Assembly: GCA_020723305.1 (NCBI GenBank)
Contig: DYJC01000016.1
Span: 2,650-66,649, forward strand
Length of the DNA stretch: 64,000 nucleotides
Reading direction: 5' to 3'
DNA from: Desulfosudis oleivorans
GTDB lineage: Bacteria > Desulfobacterota > Desulfobacteria > Desulfobacterales > SURF-7
Part shown: one piece after another, positions 54,068-61,757 of the stretch
How the letters are laid out: each line of letters begins with the position of its first letter
Numbering within the stretch: the first letter of the stretch is position 1
Position numbers and translations under genes: made by a program
Notes under the pieces: generated by a model
The model's input: the letters and a program-made list of their open reading frames with translations, nothing else
Database searches by the model: none
What the model was told of the DNA's origin: nothing

Positions 54068-55777
54068 GTGAGGACAAAAAAGAAACTCGGAACAATGCTG
54101 TTTGAAGCCGGTCTGTTAACCGAGGCACAACTGGCAAAAGCAGTTAAGGATCAGCAGAAATATAAACTGAAACTGGGGCAGACCCTGGTCCGTGAAGGGA
54201 TCGTCAGTGGATCTCAGATCGCCGATATTGTTTCCAAACAGCTGAAAATAGATAAGTATCAGCCGGATAAATATCCGATTGACGTGGCTCTGTCCAAGAT
54301 TATTCCGGTTGAGATTGTTCAGAAGCATCAGGTGGTACCGCTCAGCAAGGATCGTTTCTTGCTGACGGTTGCCATGACCGATCCAATGGATATCGATACC
54401 CTTGACAAAATAGAGGTGCTTACCAATACCGAAGTGGAAGTGGTGATCTGCACGGAAAAAGAGCTGAATCATATTGTCAGCAGCATGTATGGCTCCCTTT
54501 CCGGTATCGGCGGCGTCCTTGAGGGTATCGAGGAGATGGAGTTTGAACGGAGTGATGAATCGGAACAGCAGCCGCTGACCGAGGATGTGGAGGTGGGCTC
54601 GCTTCACGACATGGTTGAGGAAGCCCCGGTGATCCGGCTGGTGAACTCGATCCTGGCGCAGGCTGTGCGTGAAGGGGCAAGCGATATCCATATCAGCCCG
54701 GAAAAAGATTTTGTCCAGGTTCGGTTCCGTGTCGACGGCAGGCTTCACGAGGTGCCGGCACCGCCAAAATCTATGATATTATTGATCATCTCACGATTGA
54801 AAATTCTGGCGAACATGGATATCGCAAGATCCAGGATTCCCCAGGACGGCCGGTTCACGGTAAAGATGGATAACAAGGAAATCAATATCCGCGCCTCTAC
54901 CATCCCGACGATTTACGGTGAAAATCTGGTGCTCCGGCTGCTGGATACTAGTGCCGGGGTTTACTCTCTGGGAAGCCTCGGGATTGTGGATCAGGATATC
55001 CAAAAAATTGAGAATGCCATCAGCAAGCCCTATGGAATGATTCTCAGTACCGGGCCGACCGGAAGCGGCAAGAGCACCTGCCTGTATTCCATTTTACAGA
55101 AGATCAACAAGCCGGATATCAATATCATCACACTGGAAGATCCGGTGGAATACAGGGTTGAAAAGATCCGGCAGATTCAATTGAACAGGAAAGCAGGAAT
55201 GACGTTTGCGGACGGGCTGCGGTCGATCATGCGCCAGGATCCGGATGTGATCATGGTCGGCGAGATCCGGGATGCGGAAACCGCAACCATCTCCGTACAG
55301 GCAGCCCTGACCGGTCATCGGGTGTTAAGTACGGTGCACACCAATGATGCTGCCGGGGCCATTACCCGTTTCATTGATATGGGCATTGAACCGTTCCTGG
55401 TTTCATCGGTGATGCTGCTTTCCATTGCACAGCGCCTGATCCGGAGGGTTTGCCCGTATTGCAAGAAACCCTATAAGCCGCCTCAGTCCGCCCTGGAATA
55501 CTGGGGGCTCTCTAAAATAGAGGGAGCTGATTTTGTAAAGGGAACCGGCTGTTTCAACTGCATGGATACCGGGTACAAAGGGCGCGTTGGATTGTATGAG
55601 ATATTGAGCATTGATGAGATGGTTCAGAACATGATCCTCCAGAAAAAATCCGCCCAGGAAATTACACGCGCTGCAAAAGCAGAAGGCCTGCTCAGCACAT
55701 TAATGGAAGATGCCACCCGGAAAGTACTGGAGGGTGTTACGACTCTGGAAGAAGCAGCTTCAGCGGTGATGGTATAA
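54068..55777 (+). CDS. MshE/GspE/PilB-family pilus ATPase with N-terminal MshEN-type motif pair
   Basis: 569 aa, GTG start. N-terminal KLGTMLFEAGLLTEAQLAKAVKDQ-QKYKL-KLGQTLVREGIVSGSQIADIVSKQ. Walker A GPTGSGKST, Walker B IMVGEIRD and a CPYC...CFNC Zn motif. Confidence 0.85.
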   Translation: MRTKKKLGTMLFEAGLLTEAQLAKAVKDQQKYKLKLGQTLVREGIVSGSQIADIVSKQLKIDKYQPDKYPIDVALSKIIPVEIVQKHQVVPLSKDRFLLTVAMTDPMDIDTLDKIEVLTNTEVEVVICTEKELNHIVSSMYGSLSGIGGVLEGIEEMEFERSDESEQQPLTEDVEVGSLHDMVEEAPVIRLVNSILAQAVREGASDIHISPEKDFVQVRFRVDGRLHEVPAPPKSMILLIISRLKILANMDIARSRIPQDGRFTVKMDNKEINIRASTIPTIYGENLVLRLLDTSAGVYSLGSLGIVDQDIQKIENAISKPYGMILSTGPTGSGKSTCLYSILQKINKPDINIITLEDPVEYRVEKIRQIQLNRKAGMTFADGLRSIMRQDPDVIMVGEIRDAETATISVQAALTGHRVLSTVHTNDAAGAITRFIDMGIEPFLVSSVMLLSIAQRLIRRVCPYCKKPYKPPQSALEYWGLSKIEGADFVKGTGCFNCMDTGYKGRVGLYEILSIDEMVQNMILQKKSAQEITRAAKAEGLLSTLMEDATRKVLEGVTTLEEAASAVMV

Positions 55778-55778
55778 A

Positions 55779-57002
55779 ATGGCTAAATTTTCGTACAAGG
55801 CGATCAATGAGCAGGGGGAAAATTTATCCGGTTCCATTGAGGCAGAGTCTTCGGAAATGGCTACCAATATATTGAGTGCAAGGGGTATCATCCCTCTTTC
55901 AGTAAGAGGAGAAGCAGGGGCCGGGGGCGGCGCTTCCCGTCTGGATGCTTTGAATGAATGGCTGACCCCTGTGAAAGCGCCGGATCTGATTATTTTCACC
56001 AAACAGTTCCGGACCTTGCTGAAATCCGGTGTGCCGATTGTTAAATTACTGGAGGTGGTGGGAAGCCAGACGGAAAATATCAAGCTGAAGAAGATCATTC
56101 ATTCCATGAACGATGATATCCGGGAAGGGGCAAGCCTGCATGATGTTTTTAGAAAACATCCAAAGGCATTTTCCCCCCTCTATTGCAGTATGATGAAAGC
56201 CGGAGAGGCAAGCGGCGCCTTGCCGGAGGTTCTGGAAAGGCTGGCGTTCATCATCGAACATGAACACAGGATAAAGTCGGATGTGAAATCCGCGCTTCAA
56301 TATCCGATGATTGTTATTGTTTTCCTTTGCGTTGCCTTTTTTGTGCTGTTAACGTTTGTGATTCCAAAATTCGTAAGGGTGTTTGTGAGCGCCGGGATTG
56401 ATCTGCCGATGCCCACCCGGATCTGCATGTTCATGTATGAGTTCATGGCAAATTACTGGGTTATTCTGGTTGGAGCCATTGTCTCCGGAGTGATTGCGCT
56501 GTTTTATTATACCAAGACAGAGCAGGGGAGCTATGTCCGGGATACGCTGTTTATGAAAATACCGGTTATCGGCACACTGTTTGTCAAGGCGGCCATGTCC
56601 AGGTTTGCAAGTATTTTTGCCATACTCCAGTCCAGCGGAGTGGATATCCTGGACTCCATGAAGATTCTTTCCGGAACCATCGGGAATCTTGCCATTGCAA
56701 GGGAGTTCCAGAACATTATTAACCGTCTGGAAGAGGGAAGAGGCATTGCCGAACCCTTGGCCAAAGCCAGGTATTTCACGCCGATTGTGATTAACATGAT
56801 TGCCATCGGAGAGGAGTCCGGAAACCTGGATGAGATGCTGGAGGAGATATCGGCTCATTATGATTTTGAACTGCAATATGCCATGAAGAAATTGTCCGAT
56901 GCCATTGGACCGATTTTAACCATCGGACTTGCCGCGGTAGTTGGTTTTTTTGCCCTGGCCATATTTTTGCCCATGTGGGATCTCACAAAGGTTGTGAAGT
57001 GA
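55779..57002 (+). CDS. GspF/PilC/MshG-family platform protein
   Basis: 407 aa with two GspF-type repeats and three hydrophobic regions. It starts 2 nt after the ATPase stop. Confidence 0.85.
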   Translation: MAKFSYKAINEQGENLSGSIEAESSEMATNILSARGIIPLSVRGEAGAGGGASRLDALNEWLTPVKAPDLIIFTKQFRTLLKSGVPIVKLLEVVGSQTENIKLKKIIHSMNDDIREGASLHDVFRKHPKAFSPLYCSMMKAGEASGALPEVLERLAFIIEHEHRIKSDVKSALQYPMIVIVFLCVAFFVLLTFVIPKFVRVFVSAGIDLPMPTRICMFMYEFMANYWVILVGAIVSGVIALFYYTKTEQGSYVRDTLFMKIPVIGTLFVKAAMSRFASIFAILQSSGVDILDSMKILSGTIGNLAIAREFQNIINRLEEGRGIAEPLAKARYFTPIVINMIAIGEESGNLDEMLEEISAHYDFELQYAMKKLSDAIGPILTIGLAAVVGFFALAIFLPMWDLTKVVK

Positions 57003-57084
57003 TGTGTTGATGTTATCGAGGAAAAATTTTTGAGATAATCAGCTAGCCGGGAAAGCCATACCGGCAAAACGATTTGCTGTATTT

Positions 57085-57229
57085 TGAGCCAATTTCAAAA
57101 GTCTGTTGTTGTCATTCCGGCGAAAGCCGGACACACAGTGAAGCCTTGCGCTATCCAGTATTTTTAGTTCTTTTCTGGACACCGGCTTTCGCCGGTGTGA
57201 CGTCTTTTGATAGTTTTGAAAATAGCTCT
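57085..57229 (+). repeat. MITE-like repeat, copy F
   Basis: TGAGCCAATTTCAAAAG ... GTCATTCCGGCGAAAGCCGGACAC ... GGACACCGGCTTTCGCCGGTGTGAC ... TTTTGAAAATAGCTC. It lies about 75 nt upstream of the pilin gene. Confidence 0.85.
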
Positions 57230-57303
57230 TTTGATAAATTGATTGTTTTTTTTTTGAAATTGAATATACTGTGAGTATCTAAAATCTTGGGAGGGATTTT
57301 TTG

Positions 57304-57696
57304 ATGAAGAAACGAAATCTGGTAAAAAATGAAGAGGGTTTTACGCTGGTTGAGATTATCGCTGTTCTGGTTATCCTTGGAATTTTAGCAGCCGTGGCCA
57401 TACCAAAGTATTTTGATCTTCAGAAAGAGGCAAAAGAAAAAGCCCTTACTGCAGCGATGTCAGAGGCGATTTCAAGGGTTAACGGCCATTTTGGTAAGCA
57501 ACTCCTTTCCGGTTCAGCATGGAATACGATTACCTACAGCAACGCAACCCTGGGAGATGATCTGGGAGATTTTACACTCAATGTGACCAATGCTTCCGGT
57601 AATTCAATCACCCTGACGGTTACGGCAAAACCAGGCAGGGCAGCTGATGGCGCTACCATACCACCCAAGACCATACCCAAACCCGGGTCAATTTAG
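57304..57696 (+). CDS. Type IV pilin / pseudopilin (probable major subunit)
   Basis: GGGAGGG lies 8 nt upstream of ATG 57304. Prepilin motif KNEEG|FTLVEIIAVLVILGILAAVAIPKY with Glu5. 130 aa, no Cys pair, and a Pro/Thr/Lys-rich C-terminal tail. Confidence 0.8.
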   Translation: MKKRNLVKNEEGFTLVEIIAVLVILGILAAVAIPKYFDLQKEAKEKALTAAMSEAISRVNGHFGKQLLSGSAWNTITYSNATLGDDLGDFTLNVTNASGNSITLTVTAKPGRAADGATIPPKTIPKPGSI

Positions 57697-57763
57697 ATTT
57701 TTTAACCATCTGGTTTTAGAAAAGGGAGATGTTTTGATGAAAGCATATGAAACAGCGCCCTTT

Positions 57764-59875
57764 TTATTTTTTTTCTATTTTCTTTTGCCCCCTATTCAGG
57801 AGCAGTCGATCCTTCTGATAGGATTGAATGACAGGCTGCAAGACAGCCAAATCCGGAAGATAGATCTTTGTTTCGGGATTTTTCATGGATAACCTGATCT
57901 GTTCCATTATGGACAGGCCCTGTTTGTTTTTCATCAGGCTGTCCAAATGGTGCCGGCAATTTCCGGTTTGGCCGAGCCGGGCATGCAATTCAATCAGGGC
58001 AAGGTGTGCCTGCGGAAAGTCCGGTTCCGATTCACTTACCTGATTCCAGATGGAAATCGATTTTTCCCATTCTTTTCTTTTCCGGTAAATTTCAGCCATT
58101 GCAATCCGATAATCCGTCTGATCCGGATCAAGAATTGTAACTTTCCGTATGGCTTCCAGTGCGCTGTCCAGTTTGTTTTCTTTCAATAAAATAACGCTTT
58201 TTGCAAACAGAAGGTCTGGATTATCCGGCCAGAAAGAAAGTGCATGTTCGACTAGACCCATGGCTTTTTGGCGATCGCCCTGTATCATATGGATACGGGA
58301 AAGTTCTGCCCAGATATAGGGAGAACCATTGTTGATATGTAGCGCTTCCTCAAAGGCGGATCCGGCTTTGCTGTACTGTCTTGTCACATATGCATCATGC
58401 AGCGCCTTATTGAATATCAGGGTCCGGTGCTGAATTTTATTGTTAAACCGGTTTATCTTTTCCGCCTTTTCCAGCATCCGGATCGATTCTTCCGTACGGC
58501 CGATCTCCCACAAACTTCTTCCCAGATTGAGGAAAGGCGTACTCAAGTTCGGGGATTTCCTGCTGTTATCCTGCCAGAGGCGGACGCCGGATAAAAAAAG
58601 ATGGTTCCGCATGTAGGTTGTATGGGACTGTGATACAAGAAGGATGATTCCAGCGATTAAGAAAAGGGTTCGCATGAATCTGGTTTTGGACAGGTGGTCA
58701 ATTGGTCTCGTCAGCATGATCGCAAAAATCAGAAAAAAGAAGATGGAGGGTAAATAGTTCCGGTGCTCATAGATCAGTTCAAGGGGAAGAAAGGAGCCCT
58801 CGATCAGATGATTGAAAATAAAAAAAAGAATCCCGAAACCGATAACCGGATATTTCCGGGAAGAATACACGCCAAAGTACAGGAAGGAACACAGAAGGGC
58901 GATAGAGGGCAGGGTCGACCATGGGGAAAACAGGCTCCGGGAGATTTCAATATCATGAAGGAGTGTAAACCCGGAGCTGACCGGATAAAGCAGAAGCGAG
59001 ATATAAAAAATGATTACCCTGGGTTCGGTCAGAAGCCGTTCCAGCATCGTAAAATACCGGATCTTATACCCGTTTAAAATAGAGGCCGGAGAAAAAAGAA
59101 ATGATCCCAAGATCAGCATGCCGGTCAGGATCAACAGAAAAAGCAGGATATGTTTTTTGTTTTTTTCTTGCGGTAACCCTTGAATGATGATGACGTCATA
59201 TAAAAAGATTGAAATTGGAAGCATCAGGGCATTTTCTTTGCCGGCAATGGCTAAAATGCCTGCGAGCATAAATAAAAGAAACCCGATTCCTTTTTGTTTT
59301 GCTTCCGCATGCACCCGGAAAAAGATGTAGAATAGCATGGACAGGATATAAAACATGGCAGACATGGATGCCATTCTTTGCACAATATAGGTTACGGCTG
59401 TGACCTGAATGGGGTGGGAAGCCCAGAAAAGGGTGGAGAAAAGAGAAATCGGGTAGATATTTTTCAGAGAATCCGTTGCCGGGTTCTGAAGTTTCAGCGT
59501 AATATGGATCAATAAAAACAGAAGAATGGATGTAATGCAGTGAATTGTAAGATTGACGATATGATATCCAAATGTATTATTCCGGCTGAAGTAATAATTC
59601 AAGGCAAAGGTCAGATAGGATAACGGCCGTGTATCATAGGTATGATTCAGTTTTTTCCCATACAGGATGTTTTTTAGGGAATCCAATGAAAATTCCCGCA
59701 GATGGATATTGGGATTATCTGTGATGTTCAAAAAGTCGTCATAGTGGAAGGGAGCGTGGAAACTGTTGCTGTAGATTATGAGCAGCAAAATCAGAATGGC
59801 CGTAACGGCAAACAGACCTTCCCTTGCTGTGGGGAGAAGAATACGATTTTTTGTCATAGGGTAATATCGGGGCAT
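57764..59875 (-). CDS. TMTC-like GT-C glycosyltransferase with C-terminal TPR array (fourth paralog)
   Basis: 703 aa with APFHYDDFLNITDNPNI, YHIVNLTIHCITS and HPIQVTAVTYIVQRMASMS, then TPRs in the C-terminal ~270 aa. It is convergent with the pilin gene. Confidence 0.75.
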   Translation of the reverse strand: MPRYYPMTKNRILLPTAREGLFAVTAILILLLIIYSNSFHAPFHYDDFLNITDNPNIHLREFSLDSLKNILYGKKLNHTYDTRPLSYLTFALNYYFSRNNTFGYHIVNLTIHCITSILLFLLIHITLKLQNPATDSLKNIYPISLFSTLFWASHPIQVTAVTYIVQRMASMSAMFYILSMLFYIFFRVHAEAKQKGIGFLLFMLAGILAIAGKENALMLPISIFLYDVIIIQGLPQEKNKKHILLFLLILTGMLILGSFLFSPASILNGYKIRYFTMLERLLTEPRVIIFYISLLLYPVSSGFTLLHDIEISRSLFSPWSTLPSIALLCSFLYFGVYSSRKYPVIGFGILFFIFNHLIEGSFLPLELIYEHRNYLPSIFFFLIFAIMLTRPIDHLSKTRFMRTLFLIAGIILLVSQSHTTYMRNHLFLSGVRLWQDNSRKSPNLSTPFLNLGRSLWEIGRTEESIRMLEKAEKINRFNNKIQHRTLIFNKALHDAYVTRQYSKAGSAFEEALHINNGSPYIWAELSRIHMIQGDRQKAMGLVEHALSFWPDNPDLLFAKSVILLKENKLDSALEAIRKVTILDPDQTDYRIAMAEIYRKRKEWEKSISIWNQVSESEPDFPQAHLALIELHARLGQTGNCRHHLDSLMKNKQGLSIMEQIRLSMKNPETKIYLPDLAVLQPVIQSYQKDRLLLNRGQKKIEKK

Positions 59876-59965
59876 CTGCTTCGAGGTAAATTTTGTTTAT
59901 TGTTGCGTATGTATATATCTGTTTCAGGATCAGAGTCAATATGACCTGCAACAGAAACATTACAC

Positions 59966-59994
59966 TTGACAGGAATAGGTAAAAACGTACTAAT
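59966..59994 (+). promoter_or_regulatory. Weak candidate sigma70-type promoter for the minor pilin genes
   Basis: TTGACA at 59966-59971, a 17-nt spacer, then ACTAAT at 59989-59994. The -10 matches only 4 of 6 positions. Pattern match only. Confidence 0.2.
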
Positions 59995-60071
59995 ACAATT
60001 GGTTTTGGATTCATTTTCAAATAAACATCGTGTTGTCCAGAAAAATGCAACCATGACTGAAAAAAACATGA

Positions 60072-60581
60072 ATGCCTGAACAGATGAGACAATCAGCCCA
60101 TAATATTTTTCCTCCGCGCAGCCCAGATGGATTTACCGTAATTGAACTTATCGCGGTACTGGTCATGATCAGCGTGATCAGCGCGGTCATTCTGGGACGG
60201 ATGGGTGGGGATATAAAGGCGGATCTTGACGCACGAACCGACACCTTGAAAGCACATCTCCGGTATGCCCAGTCAAGGGCGATGGATTCAGATCTGATCT
60301 GGGGAATCCGGTATACCGGAACAGGATATTTTCTTTTTTCTTTTAACGGGAGTTCACAATCTGCGATTCGTATACCGGATGAGGAGAATGTGATTGTTGA
60401 TCTTTCAGGCAATGGAATCAGCCTGGGCTCTTTTCAGGCAATTTCATTTGATTCATGGGGAAGCCCATATGCAAATGCCACAGGAACCGGTTCTTCTGCC
60501 GGACAGACAATTGTTGTTTCTGACGGAAGCAACCCCCTGAATTCGATTGCAGTCACAAAAAATACAGGATTTATCCAATGA
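60072..60581 (+). CDS. Minor prepilin-type protein (GspH/FimT-like)
   Basis: 169 aa. Prepilin motif SPDG|FTVIELIAVLV. LKAHLRYAQSRAMDSD resembles GspH/FimT-type minor pilins. Confidence 0.7.
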   Translation: MPEQMRQSAHNIFPPRSPDGFTVIELIAVLVMISVISAVILGRMGGDIKADLDARTDTLKAHLRYAQSRAMDSDLIWGIRYTGTGYFLFSFNGSSQSAIRIPDEENVIVDLSGNGISLGSFQAISFDSWGSPYANATGTGSSAGQTIVVSDGSNPLNSIAVTKNTGFIQ

Positions 60582-61000
60582 TGAAAAAAAGAACCGCATT
60601 CCATTATGACCAAAGGGGTTTTACGCTTCTGGAGGTCATTATTACCCTGGTGATCGCTGCGATCTTTGGAAGCATGCTGATACAGTTTACCGGCACAAGC
60701 ATGTCCAGAAGCGCTGATACGGTTGAGCGGGTCAGAAACGGAAGCACACTTGTCCGGACGATTGAATCGATCACAAAAGATTATCGAAGCTGGATACAAA
60801 ACAATCCGGATGATCCCCTGGTCAATTTTAAAAATACAATCGATGCCTCCTATGGAGGAGGAAATATTGCCGTCCAAACGGTTTTTTCAGATGTTGATTC
60901 CGGAATGGATACGGATGTTGAAATACTCTGGGTCACGGTCTCCGAACTGGATGAAGGCCTGAATGTCAGGCAATCCCTGGTTACACTTTTTACCAGATGA
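60578..61000 (+). CDS. Minor prepilin-type protein
   Basis: 140 aa with DQRG|FTLLEVIITLVIAAIF. The start overlaps the upstream stop (ATGA). Its stop TGA is the first 3 nt of MITE copy G. Confidence 0.7.
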   Translation: MMKKRTAFHYDQRGFTLLEVIITLVIAAIFGSMLIQFTGTSMSRSADTVERVRNGSTLVRTIESITKDYRSWIQNNPDDPLVNFKNTIDASYGGGNIAVQTVFSDVDSGMDTDVEILWVTVSELDEGLNVRQSLVTLFTR

Positions 61001-61142
61001 GCCAATTTCAAAACGATTGAAAAGTGTCACACCGGCGAAAGCCGATGTCCAGAAAGGAACTGAAAATATTGGATAGTGTTACACTTTACTTCGTGTCCGG
61101 CTTTCGCCGGAACTTCAACAACAGACTTTTGAAATTGGCTCA
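60998..61142 (-). repeat. MITE-like repeat, copy G
   Basis: TGAGCCAATTTCAAAACG ... GTCACACCGGCGAAAGCCGATGTCC ... GTCCGGCTTTCGCCGGAAC ... CTTTTGAAATTGGCTCA. Confidence 0.85.
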
Positions 61143-61166
61143 GATAGAATTGAGAAGCAGCACACA

Positions 61167-61733
61167 ATGAAAAATGAAAACGGATTCACCTTGATTGAAA
61201 TCATCATATCCCTTGTTATTGTCGGGATCATGGTGTCGATTGTGGGAATCCTGATGGTGGTGGGTGTTCAGGAATATGCTTTTTCAAAAGAAAATGTGGC
61301 AATGTCTCAAAAAGCATCCCTTGCAGTAAAGCGAATTGAAAAGGAGATCCGGGGATTGACAGTGATGGATGAGATTAATTCAGACAATTCCTGTATCCGC
61401 TATAAAATCGAGACCCTTTCTCCTTATTACCGGGCAATCGCTATTCGTGGCAACACCATTGAATTAAAAATATTGCCGAATGCCGATTGTGGCTGCGCAA
61501 CCAATGGAGATGTTTTGGTGGATCAGGTTTCAGGCCTTGTTTTCTCATACGAGAGCAGCGCTACTGATCCTTCAACGGTTTCATCATCACCGCCTTTGAA
61601 GTTATCGGATCTGTCAGAGGTCCGGGTTGTATTTACCCTGAATCTCCGGTCAGGGGAAGTGTCTAAAAGTTTTGAGGTGCGGATCAATCCGAGAAATAAC
61701 GGGAATCTCAATGGCCCGGGAGTACAGTTGTAA
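61167..61733 (+). CDS. Minor prepilin-type protein (PilW/GspJ/MshO-like)
   Basis: 188 aa with NENG|FTLIEIIISLVIVGIM followed by AMSQKASLAVKRIEKEIRGL, typical of PilW/GspJ-type subunits. Confidence 0.7.
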   Translation: MKNENGFTLIEIIISLVIVGIMVSIVGILMVVGVQEYAFSKENVAMSQKASLAVKRIEKEIRGLTVMDEINSDNSCIRYKIETLSPYYRAIAIRGNTIELKILPNADCGCATNGDVLVDQVSGLVFSYESSATDPSTVSSSPPLKLSDLSEVRVVFTLNLRSGEVSKSFEVRINPRNNGNLNGPGVQL

Positions 61734-61757
61734 GTGACCTGTCAACCATACATTGTC

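Noticed and set aside
54116-54748. 210-aa minus-strand ORF; similar ones at 56349-56876, 37060-37602, 37406-37789 and 3057-3554
   Set aside because: All lie antisense within well-supported conserved genes (ATPase, GspF, BatA, MT-GT2) and show no motifs of their own.
57074-57274. 66-aa ORF encoding ..GESRTHSEALRYPVFLVLFWTPAFAGVTSF..
   Set aside because: It is encoded entirely by MITE copy F. The same peptide fragments recur wherever the repeat occurs, including the false N-terminus at 46636, so it is repeat-derived rather than a gene.
57230-57303. Sigma54-type (TGGCAC-N5-TTGC) or sigma70 promoter upstream of the pilin gene
   Set aside because: I scanned by eye and found no GG-N10-GC match. 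TTGATT/TATACT are separated by 20 nt, which is too far. The promoter may lie within or upstream of MITE copy F.
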